Assembly: GCA_027923505.1 (NCBI GenBank)
Contig: BROI01000002.1
Coordinates: forward strand, 744,001-808,000
Direction of reading: 5' to 3'
From: Mayamaea pseudoterrestris
Taxonomy: Eukaryota
DNA length: 64,000 bases
The notes under the pieces are model-generated. The model did no database searches and was not told where the DNA came from. It worked only from the letters and a program-made list of their open reading frames with translations. A program made the translations under genes and the position numbers. Below are positions 1-12,300 of this stretch, in pieces (positions within the stretch are counted from its first letter, which is position 1; each line of letters opens with the position of its first letter).

Positions 1-3000
1 CTGCCAGCCATGCCATTGCTCCCTTGGCTGTTGCCGGAGGCTTTCACGCCATGCAAGCGGTGTACAATCGACTGGGCGGAAACGATGACAATGTTGATGA
101 CGACCTGCCTGGCATTAACGAATTTATATCGCAATCAAAACACTTGGGCCAGCAAGAAGGCATGACAAATGCAGCTCGATGGAATCAGATGCAGCATGCC
201 TTGAACCAAAGTGCCATGCAAGAGTCGGCGCGAGGCGGTACGGGTTTCTTTGTGCAAAGCAACAAGTAAGTTCGGTTTGGATGACTGCCTGCGTTTTTTA
301 AGCATCATAAATTTCGCTCACGATCAATGTTTCGTCTTCCTTTCGATAGCTATCAAAACGTTTTGCAAAGCATGGCCAAATCTGCAAGTCAGCAGGCTGC
401 CGCATCCGTTGGCAATGCATCGTCGGGTATGGCGTCCGCTGCACTAGCACCAGTTGCCATGTCGATTGCGGTAAAGGTTGTTATCGCGGTAGCAGTAGGT
501 GTTGCAGCAAGTGCTGTTGGAATTACTGCTGGGGTCTTGAGTGGCAGCAAGTCTCCTCTGGCAAAGTTCAAAAACTTGAACAACCCCGGACTTGTATCAA
601 GTCGACCAGATCCAAACAATGGAAACAGTGCGCAACAAGAACTGGAGATACCCGACTCGGAGGAGCTTACATACGGAGCTATTGATTTTGCTAGTATAAA
701 CCCAACAGTGGCGCCGAGTTATAATAACTTCTTTCCTACCGCTACCACTCCAACAAGGATACCCACGTTCGCCACAACATTGAGCCCGGTCAGTTCCACC
801 TTTTCTCCATCGCAAGCAACGACAGGCCCAACAGCTGCAGCATCAGTCATCGGGCAAACGGCCGGTCCCACTAACTTGTCCACGAGTGCACCCTCGGCAG
901 TGGCAACGCTATCGCCTTTAGCGGCACCAACAGCTCCTCCGGTTCCAAGCTTATTTACTACGCCTCCGACGACGGCAACGTTTGAGCCAACGACCGCTAC
1001 AAACTCACCTACGGCTGCTTTGACGACAAACCCAACAATAGTCGCCACCCCGTCTTCCTCTGGAGGTGGAATTCAAACTTCATCACCTGCTGCCATTGTC
1101 CCAACGATTACGACGACAGGGGCCCCGACAGCGACTACGACGAGTGTTCCAGCAAGGGCTACAAACTCTCCGACGCAAGCGACGACCGGGCCAACAGCTG
1201 GAACGACAGATCTTCCAACCTTAATATCACCAGGCCTGGGAAGACCTGGCGTGACTGTAACAGTAGGACCAACTGTTTTATCTACTTCGCTGCCTACCCC
1301 GCTTGTCGCCGCAAGGCCGGGCGTGTCAGTCACATCTGCTCCTTCAGCTATCCCGCTGAGCCAAAATTTTGCACCCGTTAGTACAAGACCTACAGTTGCA
1401 CCATCGGGAGGATTTCCGATTAGTCCAGTAACCATCGCGCCCTCGACTGCCGTTCCTGTTGCGTCTCCGACACCGGTGACATTGGTGCCTTCTGCATCGC
1501 CGCAAACTGGAGCACCTTCCACTGTATCGCCTACGACGGCAACAGAGGCACCGACGGGGCCATTCGTGCCGACACTGGCCCCAGTATTTAGTATATCACC
1601 AGCAACATCACCTGCAGTTACAACAACAGATGTGCCAACAAAAGCTCCGACTTTATCGTTGACAAGATCACCAGCACTGACTTCGACATCACCAGTCGCT
1701 GCTCTGCCTACTCAAGCGCCCGTCTTTTTAATTGTGCCAACAACAGAATCACCCTCGATTACACCTACTAAAACACCTGTCTTTGCCCCAACTCTACCTG
1801 TCGCACCCTCATCAACAAGTTCACCGACGCAAAACCCATTTGAGGTGCCTAGCAAAGCCCCATTACTTTTCTCTTCCCCTATTAGAATTCCTACAGTTTT
1901 GCCGACTGCAAACCCATTCGGCGCACCAAACGCAGCTCCTACCGCATCACCATCAAGAGGTCCCATCAAGAGTCCAACAGATTTCCCACTTGTATCTCCG
2001 ACAAGGGCTCCCAATGCAAATCCCACTTTTTTCCCATCAAAAAACCCAACCACTGATATCACAGCGGCGCCAACTGTAACTCCTACAAAGTCACCTTTTG
2101 GGGAATCTGTCGATGTTCCCACCAAAATCCCATCTGAAGCTCCTGCTACTTCCCCAAACAGCGCTCCTAGCCAGTTGCCTTCAAATCAACCAGTCACGGA
2201 TGCCACAGAGGCACCATCTACACTGCCAAGTAGCACACCCAATGAAATTTCAAGCCAAGTGCCATCTGCGAGTCCAATCAAGGTTGCCACGGAAGTGCCC
2301 TCTTTGTTGCCGAGTGGCACTTCAAACATAGCTCCCTCTGCAAGGCCTTCCCAAACACCAGCTGAAGGTCCAACAGAGGCACCATCTTCGTTGCCAAGCC
2401 GCATACCCATCACAGCTCCCAGCACTTTGCCATCTCAAAATCCTTTTTCGGATGCTATGGCGTCTCCAAGCCAGTTGCCATCTGGAAGTCCAATCAAGGT
2501 TGCCACTGAAGTGCCCTCTTTGTTGCCAAGTGGCACCCCAAACATAGCTCCCTCTGCAAGGCCTTCCCAAACACCAGCTGAAGGCCCAACAGAGGCACCA
2601 TCTTCGTTGCCAAGTAGCACACCGAATGAAATTCCAAGCCAAATGCCGTCTGAGAGTCCAAATAAGGTTGCCACTGAAGTGCCCTCTTTGTTGCCGAGTG
2701 GCATTCAAAACATAGCTCCCTTTGCAAGGCCTTCCCAAACACCAGCTGAAGGTCCATCAGAGGCACCATCTTCGTTGCCAAGCAGCATACCCATCACAGT
2801 TCCTAGCACTTTGCCATCTCAAAATCCTTTTTTGGATGCTATGGCGTCTCCAAGCCGGTTGCCATCTGGAATTCCAATCAAGGTTGCCACTGAAGTGCCC
2901 TCTTTGTTGCCAAGTGGCACCCCAAACACAACTCCCTCTACAAGGCCTTCCCATACGCCAGCTGAGGGTCCAACAGAGGCACCATCTTCATTGCCAAGCA

Positions 3001-5133
3001 GCACACCCATCACAGTTCCCAGCACTTTGCCATCTTACAAACCCTTTGTAGATGGCATGGAGTCTCCAAGTCAATTGCCATCTGGAAGTCCAGCCATGGG
3101 GGCTGCCACTGAAGTGCCATCTTTGTTGCCAAGTGGTTATCCGATCACAGCTTCCTTCGCATTGCCCTCTAGTACACCAGCTGTGGGTCTAGCAGAGGCG
3201 CCATCTTCGTTGCCAAGCAGCACACCCATTACAGTTCCCAGCACTTTGCCATCTTACAAACCCTTTGTAGATGGCATGGAGTCTCCAAGTCAATTGCCAT
3301 CTGGAAGTCCAGCCATGGGGGCTGCCACTGAAATGCCATCTTTGTTGCCAAGTGGTTATCCAATCACAGCTTCCTCTGCATTGCCCTCTAGTACACCAGC
3401 TGTGGGTTTAGCAGAGGCGCCATCTTCGTTGCCAAGCAGCACACCCATTACAGTTCCCAGCACTTTGCCATCTTACAAACCCTTTGTAGATGGCATGGAG
3501 TTTCCAAGTCAATTGCCATCTGGAAGTCCAGCCATGGGGGCTGCCACTGAAGTGCCGTCTTCGTTGCCAAGTGAGTTTCCAATCACAGCTTCCTCCACAT
3601 TGCCTTCTCATACACCAGCTGAGGGTCCAGCAGAGACGCCATCGTCGTTGCCAAGCAGCACACCAATTACAGCACCTACAGGTTCTCCTTCCCAGAGCCC
3701 AGTCAATGATCCCACAAAAATGCCTTCTGAATCACCAACATATGCACCCTTGGCAATTCCTACCCACATGCCTACGAGCGCACCAATTGAAGCCCCTACA
3801 AAAGTAAGTCTACGCTTTGCCGCAGTGTTGTTACCACATATATGTTCTCATAACCATGTTTTCTTTGTGTAGACCCCAACTAACGCGCCAAGCCAAGCTC
3901 CTACGGACAATCCAACAAAGGTATTTAAGTTAAAGCTTTGCCATTGTTGCACTCTCCCAGTTTCACTCATGCTGTCCCATTTCTTTTCACAGGAACCAAC
4001 AAAGGTACCAAGCCAAGCACCTACTGACAATCCCACAAAGGTAAAAGCTTTATAGCTTCTCAATTGTTGCACACTTATTGTTAAGCTTCACACTCCTAAC
4101 GACCTAATTTTGTACACAGAAACCAACAGGTGTACCAAGCAAAGCTCCGACTGCCCAGCCCACAAAGGTAAGTTGGCAAGGCTTGTACATCCTCGCACCT
4201 TGCTAAGTGTTTAATGCTCAGCAGGCACTTGTGTACCTACAGGATCCAACAAAGGTACCAAGCAAAGCTCCAACTGCCAAGCCAACAAAGGTAAGACTGT
4301 CATGGCTTTTTTGTTGCCGCACATTTTTGAGCTTCATATTCTCAGTGACACACACTACTACACAGAAACCAACCAAGAAACCCACCAAGAAACCTAGCAA
4401 AGCTCCTACAAAAAGTCCCACTGCGTCCTCATCTTGTGATGTTCAACGACAGTGCTGGGATGGATATAGACGTTGGGACAATCGCATTTTGTTTTGTAAA
4501 AAGAATGACAGGACTGCCTCATGCATAGAGCCCAAATCCCTTGGAGGCCAACAGAAGGGTGGTTATTGCGGGAGATGTAGAAGTGACCGTAATGATGATT
4601 TTGTCAAAGCGACATTTGGTGATGATACAGAAAACCTTGCAGTTAAGCCAACGCAAGAGCCAGAGACAGCAAACAAGCCAGTGTCAGCAAGTCGCATACG
4701 GTCCACTGACGAGCCAACGGATCCTCCCAGGACCAGAGAGCCCACTGATCCGCCCAGAACAAGAGAGCCCACTGATCCGCCCAGAACAAGAGAGCCAACT
4801 GATCCATTCAGGACCAGAGAGCCAACTGATCCTCCAAGGACACGAGAACCGACTGATCCACCAAGGACTAGGGAGCCAACTGATCCACCCAAAACAAGAG
4901 AGCCAACTAATCCTCCAAGGACACGAGAGCCAACTGATCCACCAAGGACTAGGGAGCCGACTGATCCTCCCAGGACCAGAGAGCCAACTGATCCGCCCAG
5001 AACGAGAGAGCCAACTAACCCTCCAAAAACTGACGAACCGACTAATCCGCCAAGAACCGAAGAACCAACCAATCCTCCAAAAACAGAGGAACCTACGCGA
5101 CAACCAGAGCCTGAAGCGGAGCCAACTGTATAA
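1..5133 (+). CDS. Type-II membrane mucin-like (Pro/Thr/Ser-rich) surface protein, paralog A; 5'-partial. Exons <1-265, 350-3803, 3873-3920, 3993-4040, 4120-4167, 4243-4290, 4366-5133
   Basis: ORFs 24-269, 327-3872 and 4207-5133 join in frame through GT..AG introns (AA|GTAAGT at 265/266, TAG| at 349; AAA|GTAAGT at 3803/3804, etc.). One hydrophobic helix (IAVKVVIAVAVGVAASAVGITAGVL), a long PTS stalk, a 6-Cys module and 9-aa repeats. Colinear with the paralog at 9316-13695. Confidence 0.85.
2190..3700 (+). repeat. Coding tandem repeats of ~56-73 aa (ATEVPSLLPSG...EAPSSLPSS) in the mucin A stalk
   Basis: GCCACTGAAGTGCCCTCTTTGTTGCCAAGTGG recurs with variants; the last copies have a 219-bp period (AGTCTCCAAG at 3061 and 3280). 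Boundaries are approximate. Confidence 0.9.
4711..5088 (+). repeat. 14 x 27-bp coding repeat (EPTDPPRTR)
   Basis: Units counted directly in the translation of ORF 4207-5133. Confidence 0.95.
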
Positions 5134-5516
5134 TGATTACGTGAATTCTACAGCTAAAGTTTCACTTAAATATGTAACTATTTGTTTGATTGCATCATAT
5201 TTGAAAGTTTGAAAGTACTGTACCGGCACAAAAAGCAGAGCATGGCTTGATGCAGGGAAACATCCTGGCTGTTTCACGTACCCCCGCTTGAGCTCCGCCA
5301 TTGTCTGAACTGTTTGTTGAGGCTTCTGTTAGTATCTTGGTCGACGGAAGACACCTTCGTTTACCGCATTCATTCGACGCCTCCCGTGCCGCGAATATGT
5401 CGCAGCGAGTATAACGACGACGCACCGCGAGTGTGATAACCGGTACGACGTATTGTACATCGATCGTCGACAACAACATTCTCGCCATGGTGCATGGTGC
5501 ACCGCAACAATAAGCG

Positions 5517-7264
5517 ATGCAACTGTCTGCCTTTATAATGAAACGGAGACGCGCTCAACTCATTGCTAATATACTCGCAGTCTTCCTGTGGACGCTTGTT
5601 GCGATATCCGAGGCATTTCTGCCATTCAAGGCGTCTGTAAGGTTCGTCGCCTCTACCCAACCATCACTCATTCGATCAGCACGTTTAGTTGCAGCTACTA
5701 GCGATTCAAGCATTCCTGCTTTGCCCGAATCAAAAGCGACAGAGACTGATAATAGACCCCATGAGCAGCGCGCAAAGTGTCCTCGCCCAGCGAGACGATT
5801 GAATCATGCCTTTAAATACCTTTACCGACATGACTGCGATGACCTTGATGATGACATGAATGCCACTAGTTACTTTCTCCAACAAAATTACACAATGACC
5901 GAAATAAATCGCATGAATGCTTCCTTTCCACCACTACTGCAACTTTCCGTCAAGCGACATTTGCATCCCAAGATGCGATTTCTACGCCAAACCATGAAAC
6001 TCCAAAACAATCAACTCGATCAAGTCCCTCCGCAATTCTTTGGGGCGCGTCTCGAGGCTGCCATTGCGCCTCGTCATGCTTTACTCGTTCATTTCAAGCT
6101 GCCTCATGGACAAGACTTGTTGCGGCCGTCGAATGAAGGGGCCCATGGAACTAATAGTTTTGCCAGTTTCTCTTCGACGCTGTTGAATGACTTCTTAATT
6201 TCCTGCCGCGACGCTAAGCGATTCGCAACCCTTTGTCAGTCGTGGCAGCAGCAGAACATGAATACAACTACTGCTGCTGCTGCACCTATATCAGCTCAAC
6301 AAGTCAAGGCGTTTGACGTCTTGTTTGCGCGCGGACTCATGTCGGCGGCACGAAACGAGCACCAAGGTTTGACCTATCTCAACGACGACGAATCGTCAAT
6401 CAACAAGACGACTGCGTCATGGCCGCTGGATTTTGTCAATGTAACGTCGGGCGAGCTCGTTCGCCTCTTGATTTTGCATGGCGCCAATCCGCGGGAGCGT
6501 GACCGACGCGGAGCAACACTTGTCCATTGGGCGGCGGGGACGGGAAATTTGGAAGGTCTCGTGGAGCTGCTTCCTCATGCAGTGACATTTGCTTGCGACA
6601 AGAGTTGTGGCCGACAAAATGGCGGAGTATGGCTGCAATCGGAGCGCGACGGTGCCACGCCACTGCATTGGGCCGTCGCTGGCTGCAATGCACGGCACTT
6701 TGGAACGGGTGGACATGTTGACATTGCCAAATTTCTCCTCTCACAAGTGAGTTTTGACGAGCGACAGCAATACATGGATCAGCGCACCATGGATGGCAAC
6801 TCGGCACTCATGTGGGCGGCGTGGTCGGGTTCGTTCGACTGCGTCAGGCTGCTCGTTGAGCGTGGGGCAAAGGCAGGAGGAACCAACAGGAATGGCTGCA
6901 GCTTGGCGCATTGGGCAACATCAGGTAAATAATTGTAAGTGTACAGTTGCGACTTTCACAATGGGGCTAACGAAATCTTTACTCCTTCCTCAATCCAGGA
7001 GGAAGTCTGGCGGTGTGTCAGTATCTTCATGAGCACACTTGTATTGATTTCTCGGCTCCCAACTCCGGAGGTCACACACCCCTTACTCATGCCGTGGCGT
7101 TCGGACGAGCCGACGTTGTCAAATGGTTACGAGAAAGCGTCCTGGCAGCAGATGTTACAGATGACGCTGCTCTTCGGTTGGCGCAAGACTTTGTTGAATG
7201 GAAAAATGACGATGAAGCTCGTCGGCAAGTGCTGCAGTTGTTCATGGACTCTCCGTCGAATTAA
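5517..7264 (+). CDS. Plastid-targeted protein with mTERF-like segment and C-terminal ankyrin repeats; exons 5517-6924, 6999-7264
   Basis: Signal peptide plus SEA-FLP cleavage motif. FPPLLQLSV..LHPKMRFL..PPQFFGARLE..IAPRH resembles mTERF motifs. Ankyrin repeats GATLVHWAA, GATPLHWAV, GNSALMWAA, GHTPLTHAV. Intron G|GTAAAT...CCAG|GA keeps the frame. Confidence 0.8.
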
Positions 7265-7312
7265 TTGTTGTGTCAATATAGAAAAAGTTATGATAAAAAA
7301 GAACACTAGTAA

Positions 7313-8971
7313 CTAGCTTTCTTTGTAAATTCGCAAAATGATAGGATCGAAGCATTTCAAAATACCGCGCCGCTCAGCTTCAGCGAGCGGCATGTTGGTG
7401 TCTGTAACTCGGTGCAATGCACTCTCGGTCACAACTAAGAACTCGTTATTCCATCCGGATCCGCACAGATGCGCTGGAAAGTCCGCAAGTATACGCTCAA
7501 TCGTGTCGGTTCTAGCCAGAAAGATGTGCGACGAAGTCAGTGTAACATTGTTACCATCATCCACTGCCATGATTAGCTCAACGAAGAATCGATCCATAAC
7601 ATTCTTGATCCGCTTTGCGTCGCCTGTTGCTTTGCTTTTCATCTGCATTTGTCTCACCTTGACTGCCGCCGCTGATGGCTTTTTGCCTTTGCTCTTTGCG
7701 TCAAGAGCTGTAAATTGTAACATGATGCGATCGTAGACTGGACCTGTTGCGACTTCAAATCCATCCTTTGCACAAGAATTTTTAGTATTTGTAGCTACCT
7801 GTGGACAATCGGCATCAATCGGCATACTTTCGCCGCCAGATTCAGTATTTTCTATTGTAAATGAATCCACTTCTTCCACCGAGGCTGTGGGTGCTTCATT
7901 ATCGGCGTCGTAGACACGAATCACAAGCCGGTCAAATTCGGAAATGAATCCTTGAAAAACAGCTTCATGCAGCCGCTGCAGCGTAGGCAGTCGCCTGTAA
8001 TCAAATGCAATTCCATCGCAGTGTTCCATCAATGCCGGCATGACGCGTCGGCGCACCAATAGTTCCGTTTGCTTGTCTGCAGAAACAGTGAAGGAGGAAG
8101 CAATTCTGCCCATTGTGTCCTGCGGCGAAAAGTAGCGATACTCCTCCTTGACTGCCGATTCGTCATCAATACCATCTAACACCAGGCAGCGAAAATACAA
8201 TCTATCATGTTGTTGCAGTTCCGGCCGTCCAGTGGCGCGGCTTTTGATGAGCATTCGCTGGACTTGCTCAGAAACAGTCTTGCTCTTGCCCTGAGCTTGC
8301 TGGTCCAATTTTTGTATCCGCTCATCCAATTTTCGATTCCGCTCCCGCTCCTTAGCTGTCGCTTTCATTTTGTTTCTCCTTTGCTCCATCTTTGCCGCCG
8401 CCAACGCTTGCTCCGCATCTTGGTGGTCGTCCATGAATCGTTTCGTGACGGCACTCAATACTTGGGACGGCATTTGCGATTGTCCAAGTGGCAAATCATT
8501 GCCAACGAGTTGCACGCGGGTTTGAATATTATCACTTGCGTCCTGAATAATCTGCTGATTGTTGTATTGACGATCGTCGTACTTGTCTTGCGACACGCCA
8601 ATGGCGTCGTGAATGCTCACGTCGTTTGCCAAGATGTAAATTTTGCCGGAAGGAAACCAGCCAGCGTCAAATAAAGTCTTGCTGCGAAGACCCGTCGTCT
8701 CGGCAAACGTACCAAGAGGCCAGTCGGTAACGTCTTTGGGCGGATGCATGGTGCAGTCCCAGATGGAGACGCCGTCATGATCAATCAGCAAGCTCCACAA
8801 GGTGCACGGCGTGCGGTTTTCGCATTCCACAGTGGCCCTCTCAAAGAGCTCCCGCAACGAGGTATCCGCTGGTGAATCATGGCATATTGTAATCAATGAA
8901 TTGTCTTTCCGATTCACTGAGTGAGTAATCAGGGATTTGGAGACAGCAATGGTTATGCGAGAGTCGCCCAT
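7313..8971 (-). CDS. Ubiquitin-fold protein: N-terminal UBX-like domain plus two ZFAND1/Cuz1-type ubiquitin-like domains
   Basis: 552-aa ORF. KTLFDAGWFPSG is UBX-like. VQRMLIKSRATG..DRLYF and VRQMQMKSKATGD..DRFFV resemble the ZFAND1 C-terminal motif. Confidence 0.6.
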   Translation of the reverse strand: MGDSRITIAVSKSLITHSVNRKDNSLITICHDSPADTSLRELFERATVECENRTPCTLWSLLIDHDGVSIWDCTMHPPKDVTDWPLGTFAETTGLRSKTLFDAGWFPSGKIYILANDVSIHDAIGVSQDKYDDRQYNNQQIIQDASDNIQTRVQLVGNDLPLGQSQMPSQVLSAVTKRFMDDHQDAEQALAAAKMEQRRNKMKATAKERERNRKLDERIQKLDQQAQGKSKTVSEQVQRMLIKSRATGRPELQQHDRLYFRCLVLDGIDDESAVKEEYRYFSPQDTMGRIASSFTVSADKQTELLVRRRVMPALMEHCDGIAFDYRRLPTLQRLHEAVFQGFISEFDRLVIRVYDADNEAPTASVEEVDSFTIENTESGGESMPIDADCPQVATNTKNSCAKDGFEVATGPVYDRIMLQFTALDAKSKGKKPSAAAVKVRQMQMKSKATGDAKRIKNVMDRFFVELIMAVDDGNNVTLTSSHIFLARTDTIERILADFPAHLCGSGWNNEFLVVTESALHRVTDTNMPLAEAERRGILKCFDPIILRIYKES

Positions 8972-9315
8972 TGTCCATGGTGAGATTCGGTTTGCGGCTC
9001 TCGGCGTCGCCTCGACAAGCGCGAACGTGAGTAACGGACCGACATCTCATACCAATGAAAGGGCATGTTTGTGCCATTGACGTCATCGCACGACGTCAAG
9101 AACCAATTATAATCATTGCCCTACGATGAGGCAATAAGAAATACGCGTTAACGGCGAATTCTACGACTACGTGCAGTCTTTAATGACTCAAGCACGATCG
9201 ATCGCAGTGTCCGCTGGTCGTTGTCCTCGAATGGCCATGGTGGGAAAGAATTTTGCTGCGGTTTTGATTTTGCACTCCAAGACGTTGTTTTGCAAGCAGT
9301 AAATAACAATACACC

Positions 9316-12300
9316 ATGCCTGTTTGGTTTCCTGCAATAGATCAGCTTGAAACCTTTATTACCGAGCCAGCAAGGCTGCAGCAATCGGGCTACATTGACG
9401 ACGACTCGTTCGATACGGCCGAGGGATCGCTGGAGCGATTGGAGGAAGACAACTACTTTGAATCGAATGAAGACTTTGGAAATACAAGCATGGCCTTTGA
9501 TGGTGATGATTTAATGCTCGATGATAATGACATGTTTTACTTTGACAGCATGAGAGACATGAATGACTTTGAGAACAACAAGTAAGTCTTCGCATCTCGG
9601 GTCACGAGAGTGCTTCACTGTCAATTCAGCAATTCAGCAATTCAGCGCTTAAGTGAAACCTAGAGTGAGCTATGAGAGGGCCTCGTCGTTGTGGCGATTT
9701 GTCACCGGAGCAAACATCTCACATAGTGTTACTCTTTATTCCTGTAAACAGTGATGCGAACGTATCAAGCAACGCCGCAGCACATTTAGGCACCACTGCC
9801 GCGATGAAAGCGGCGCAATGGGGTCTGGGAGGTGCTGCCGCTGGCATTCTTGGAATGTGGGACGTTTTAATGGACAGTGGTGGCTCTTTGAACATTGATG
9901 ATGGAGATTTATAGTTTGATGAAACTCCTGACCTAATAAATGATACCAACTACTTGTCCGAAGATAGTATGAACTTATCCAAGTTGCTTTTGAGTGAAGA
10001 TGACCAAAGTCCGCTTGACGCTGATGCAACTCCAAAAAGCGCAGCAGAAGGTCCAGGCATAAGCTCATTAGCAGCTCCAGTTGCAGTGGCTGGTGGCATC
10101 CAGGCCATGCGCGCCGTGTACAGTCGATTGCGCAGTATGCAGAACGATGACTTGGATGAGGACACGCCCGGCGTTCAGGAGTTAATGTCTCAAATGCCGC
10201 CGGGACACTCCACGGCGAAAAGTGTCCCCGATGCAAGTCGGTGGGCTCAAATGCAGCAGAGTATGAATCAAAGTGTCGCGCAGGAATCTACTCGTGGCGG
10301 TGCAGGATTCTTCATGAACTCCACAGCGTAAGTGGAAAAACAAATGAGCGCCAGATGCTTGATAAAATTGGTCCAAACTTGACTAACAATGTCTTTTGTT
10401 CACTTCTTCATCCAATGGCAGCTACGAAAAGACGTTGAGCAGTATGGCTCAAGCTGCCGGGCAGTACGCTGCTGGCACGGTCGCTGGTGCATCGACGGGA
10501 ATGGCTTCGGCTGCCGTTGCTCCTGTGGCCATGGGGTTGGCGGCAAAGGCAGCCATTGCAGTTGCTGTTGCCGTATCGATAGCGGTTGCTGGCAGCACTA
10601 TCGGTTTGATGAGTAAGGACATGATGGCGAAGTTTGGAGTGCCCGGTCAATTACCGGGGTCTGTTGCAGGCGATGGAAATGCGGATGGAAAGGATGGTAC
10701 CGGTTCCACGGCCTTTAACGACGCTCTTGCTGTGCCTGACTCTCAATCACTCAATTTTGGAGCAATAGACTTTGCAAGTTTGAATCCGTCGATAGCGCCA
10801 AATTTCTTCACGGAGGTGCCGACGAAGGCAGAATTCCCTTTTGCGTCGCCTGTTTCGTCGTATCGGTCACCATTGCCTTCTACACCATTAAGCACTAGCA
10901 CTAATACGCCTTCCCTTATCCTTGCTGCCTCTCCAGCTACAAGTGCTGCTCCCAATCCGAGTGTAAGTGGAGCTACCGGTCCACCAGTGTCTCAGCCTTC
11001 GAGGAGTCGATCTGCTGCGCCTGCTGCATCGCTTTTCACCAGTCCGTCGTCGAGCGGCACTTTTGAGCCCACCACAGCTACTGGTGCTCCAACTGCCGAC
11101 AATACCGGAGCTAGCATTCCAACTGCACAAAATGTGGTAAAGAAAACCAGTGCACCTACGTCAATTGTCGATAAATTGGCGAGTGCATCACCAACGGTTA
11201 CCTCAGTTACTTTGACGAGTGCGCCAGTAGAGAATACGCTGGTTACATCTGCTCCCGTCGCAGATGACGCATCACCTGCCACGGCGACTGCGACCCCTGC
11301 CGTGACAAGTTTAGTTCCGAGCTTGAAGCAGTTAACACGAAGTACGGGTGTACCTGTTGGACCCGTTTCAGAAAATCCCACTTCTGTTGCTCCGGTGGTA
11401 ACGCTTGTCACGCCTTCCACTGCGCCACAGACGGAGTTGCCTATAGGCCAATCGCCAATACGAAGCACAGGCACAACAGTAACTAATGCTCCCGTTCCTG
11501 GAAATCCGTCTGTTTCTCTTGTCACCCCTGCATTGGCATCTCAAGCGAGCCAAGCGCCCGTTGCACAAATTACCGGTGCGCCTCTTGCAACATCTGCTCC
11601 TGGTTTGACTTCACGTTTGACGCCTTCAAGGTCGCCGCAAGCGATAGTTTCGACAAGTCGAACGCCCGTTGCGCAAAATACTGTTGCACCTGTCGGGGAT
11701 ACACCAATAACCTCCGCTCCCGCCTTAGTAAATCAGCCAGTGTCACTATTTTTACCAACCTTTGCGCCACAGTCGGTGGTTTCACCTAGCCAAGCGCCCA
11801 ATTTGCAAAGAACGGTTGGGCCTGTTGAAAGTGCGCCTTTTTCCGCCGCTCCCGTCTCTGTAAATACGCCAGTATCTATATTTTCACCGACCTTGGCACC
11901 TCAGCCAGTGCTTCTAACAAGCAACGCACCTGCAACACAAAGTACGGATGCACCTGGCGGAGGCGCGCAAGCAACCTCCGCTCCCATCTCTGTAACTCAG
12001 CCAGTGTCATTATTTTCACCAACCTTGGCCCCTCAATCAGTGCTACAGCCAAGCCAGGCCCCCATCACGCAAAGCACAGGTGCACCAGGTGGAGGCGCAC
12101 AAGCTACCTCCGCTCCTGTCTTTGCAAGTCAACCAGTTTCACTGTTTTCCCCAACCCTGGCGCCTCAGTTGGGGCTTTTGCCAAGCCAGGGACCCAGCAT
12201 GCAAATGACGAGTGCACCTGCCGGAGGCGCACAACCAAGCGCACCATCTTTGGCGCCTCAGTCAGTTCTTCCGCCGCCAAGCCAGGCACCCAACACGCAA

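Noticed and set aside
4711..5088. CRISPR-like array
   Set aside because: The units are contiguous in-frame coding repeats with synonymous variation and no unique spacers, in a eukaryotic gene.
719..5103. Many Val/Gly-rich antisense ORFs over the mucin genes (also 10743-13619)
   Set aside because: They are shadows of Pro/Thr/Ser codon bias and repeats on the sense strand.
9622..9646. (CAATTCAG)x3 tandem repeat
   Set aside because: A short slippage repeat inside an intron with no evidence of function.
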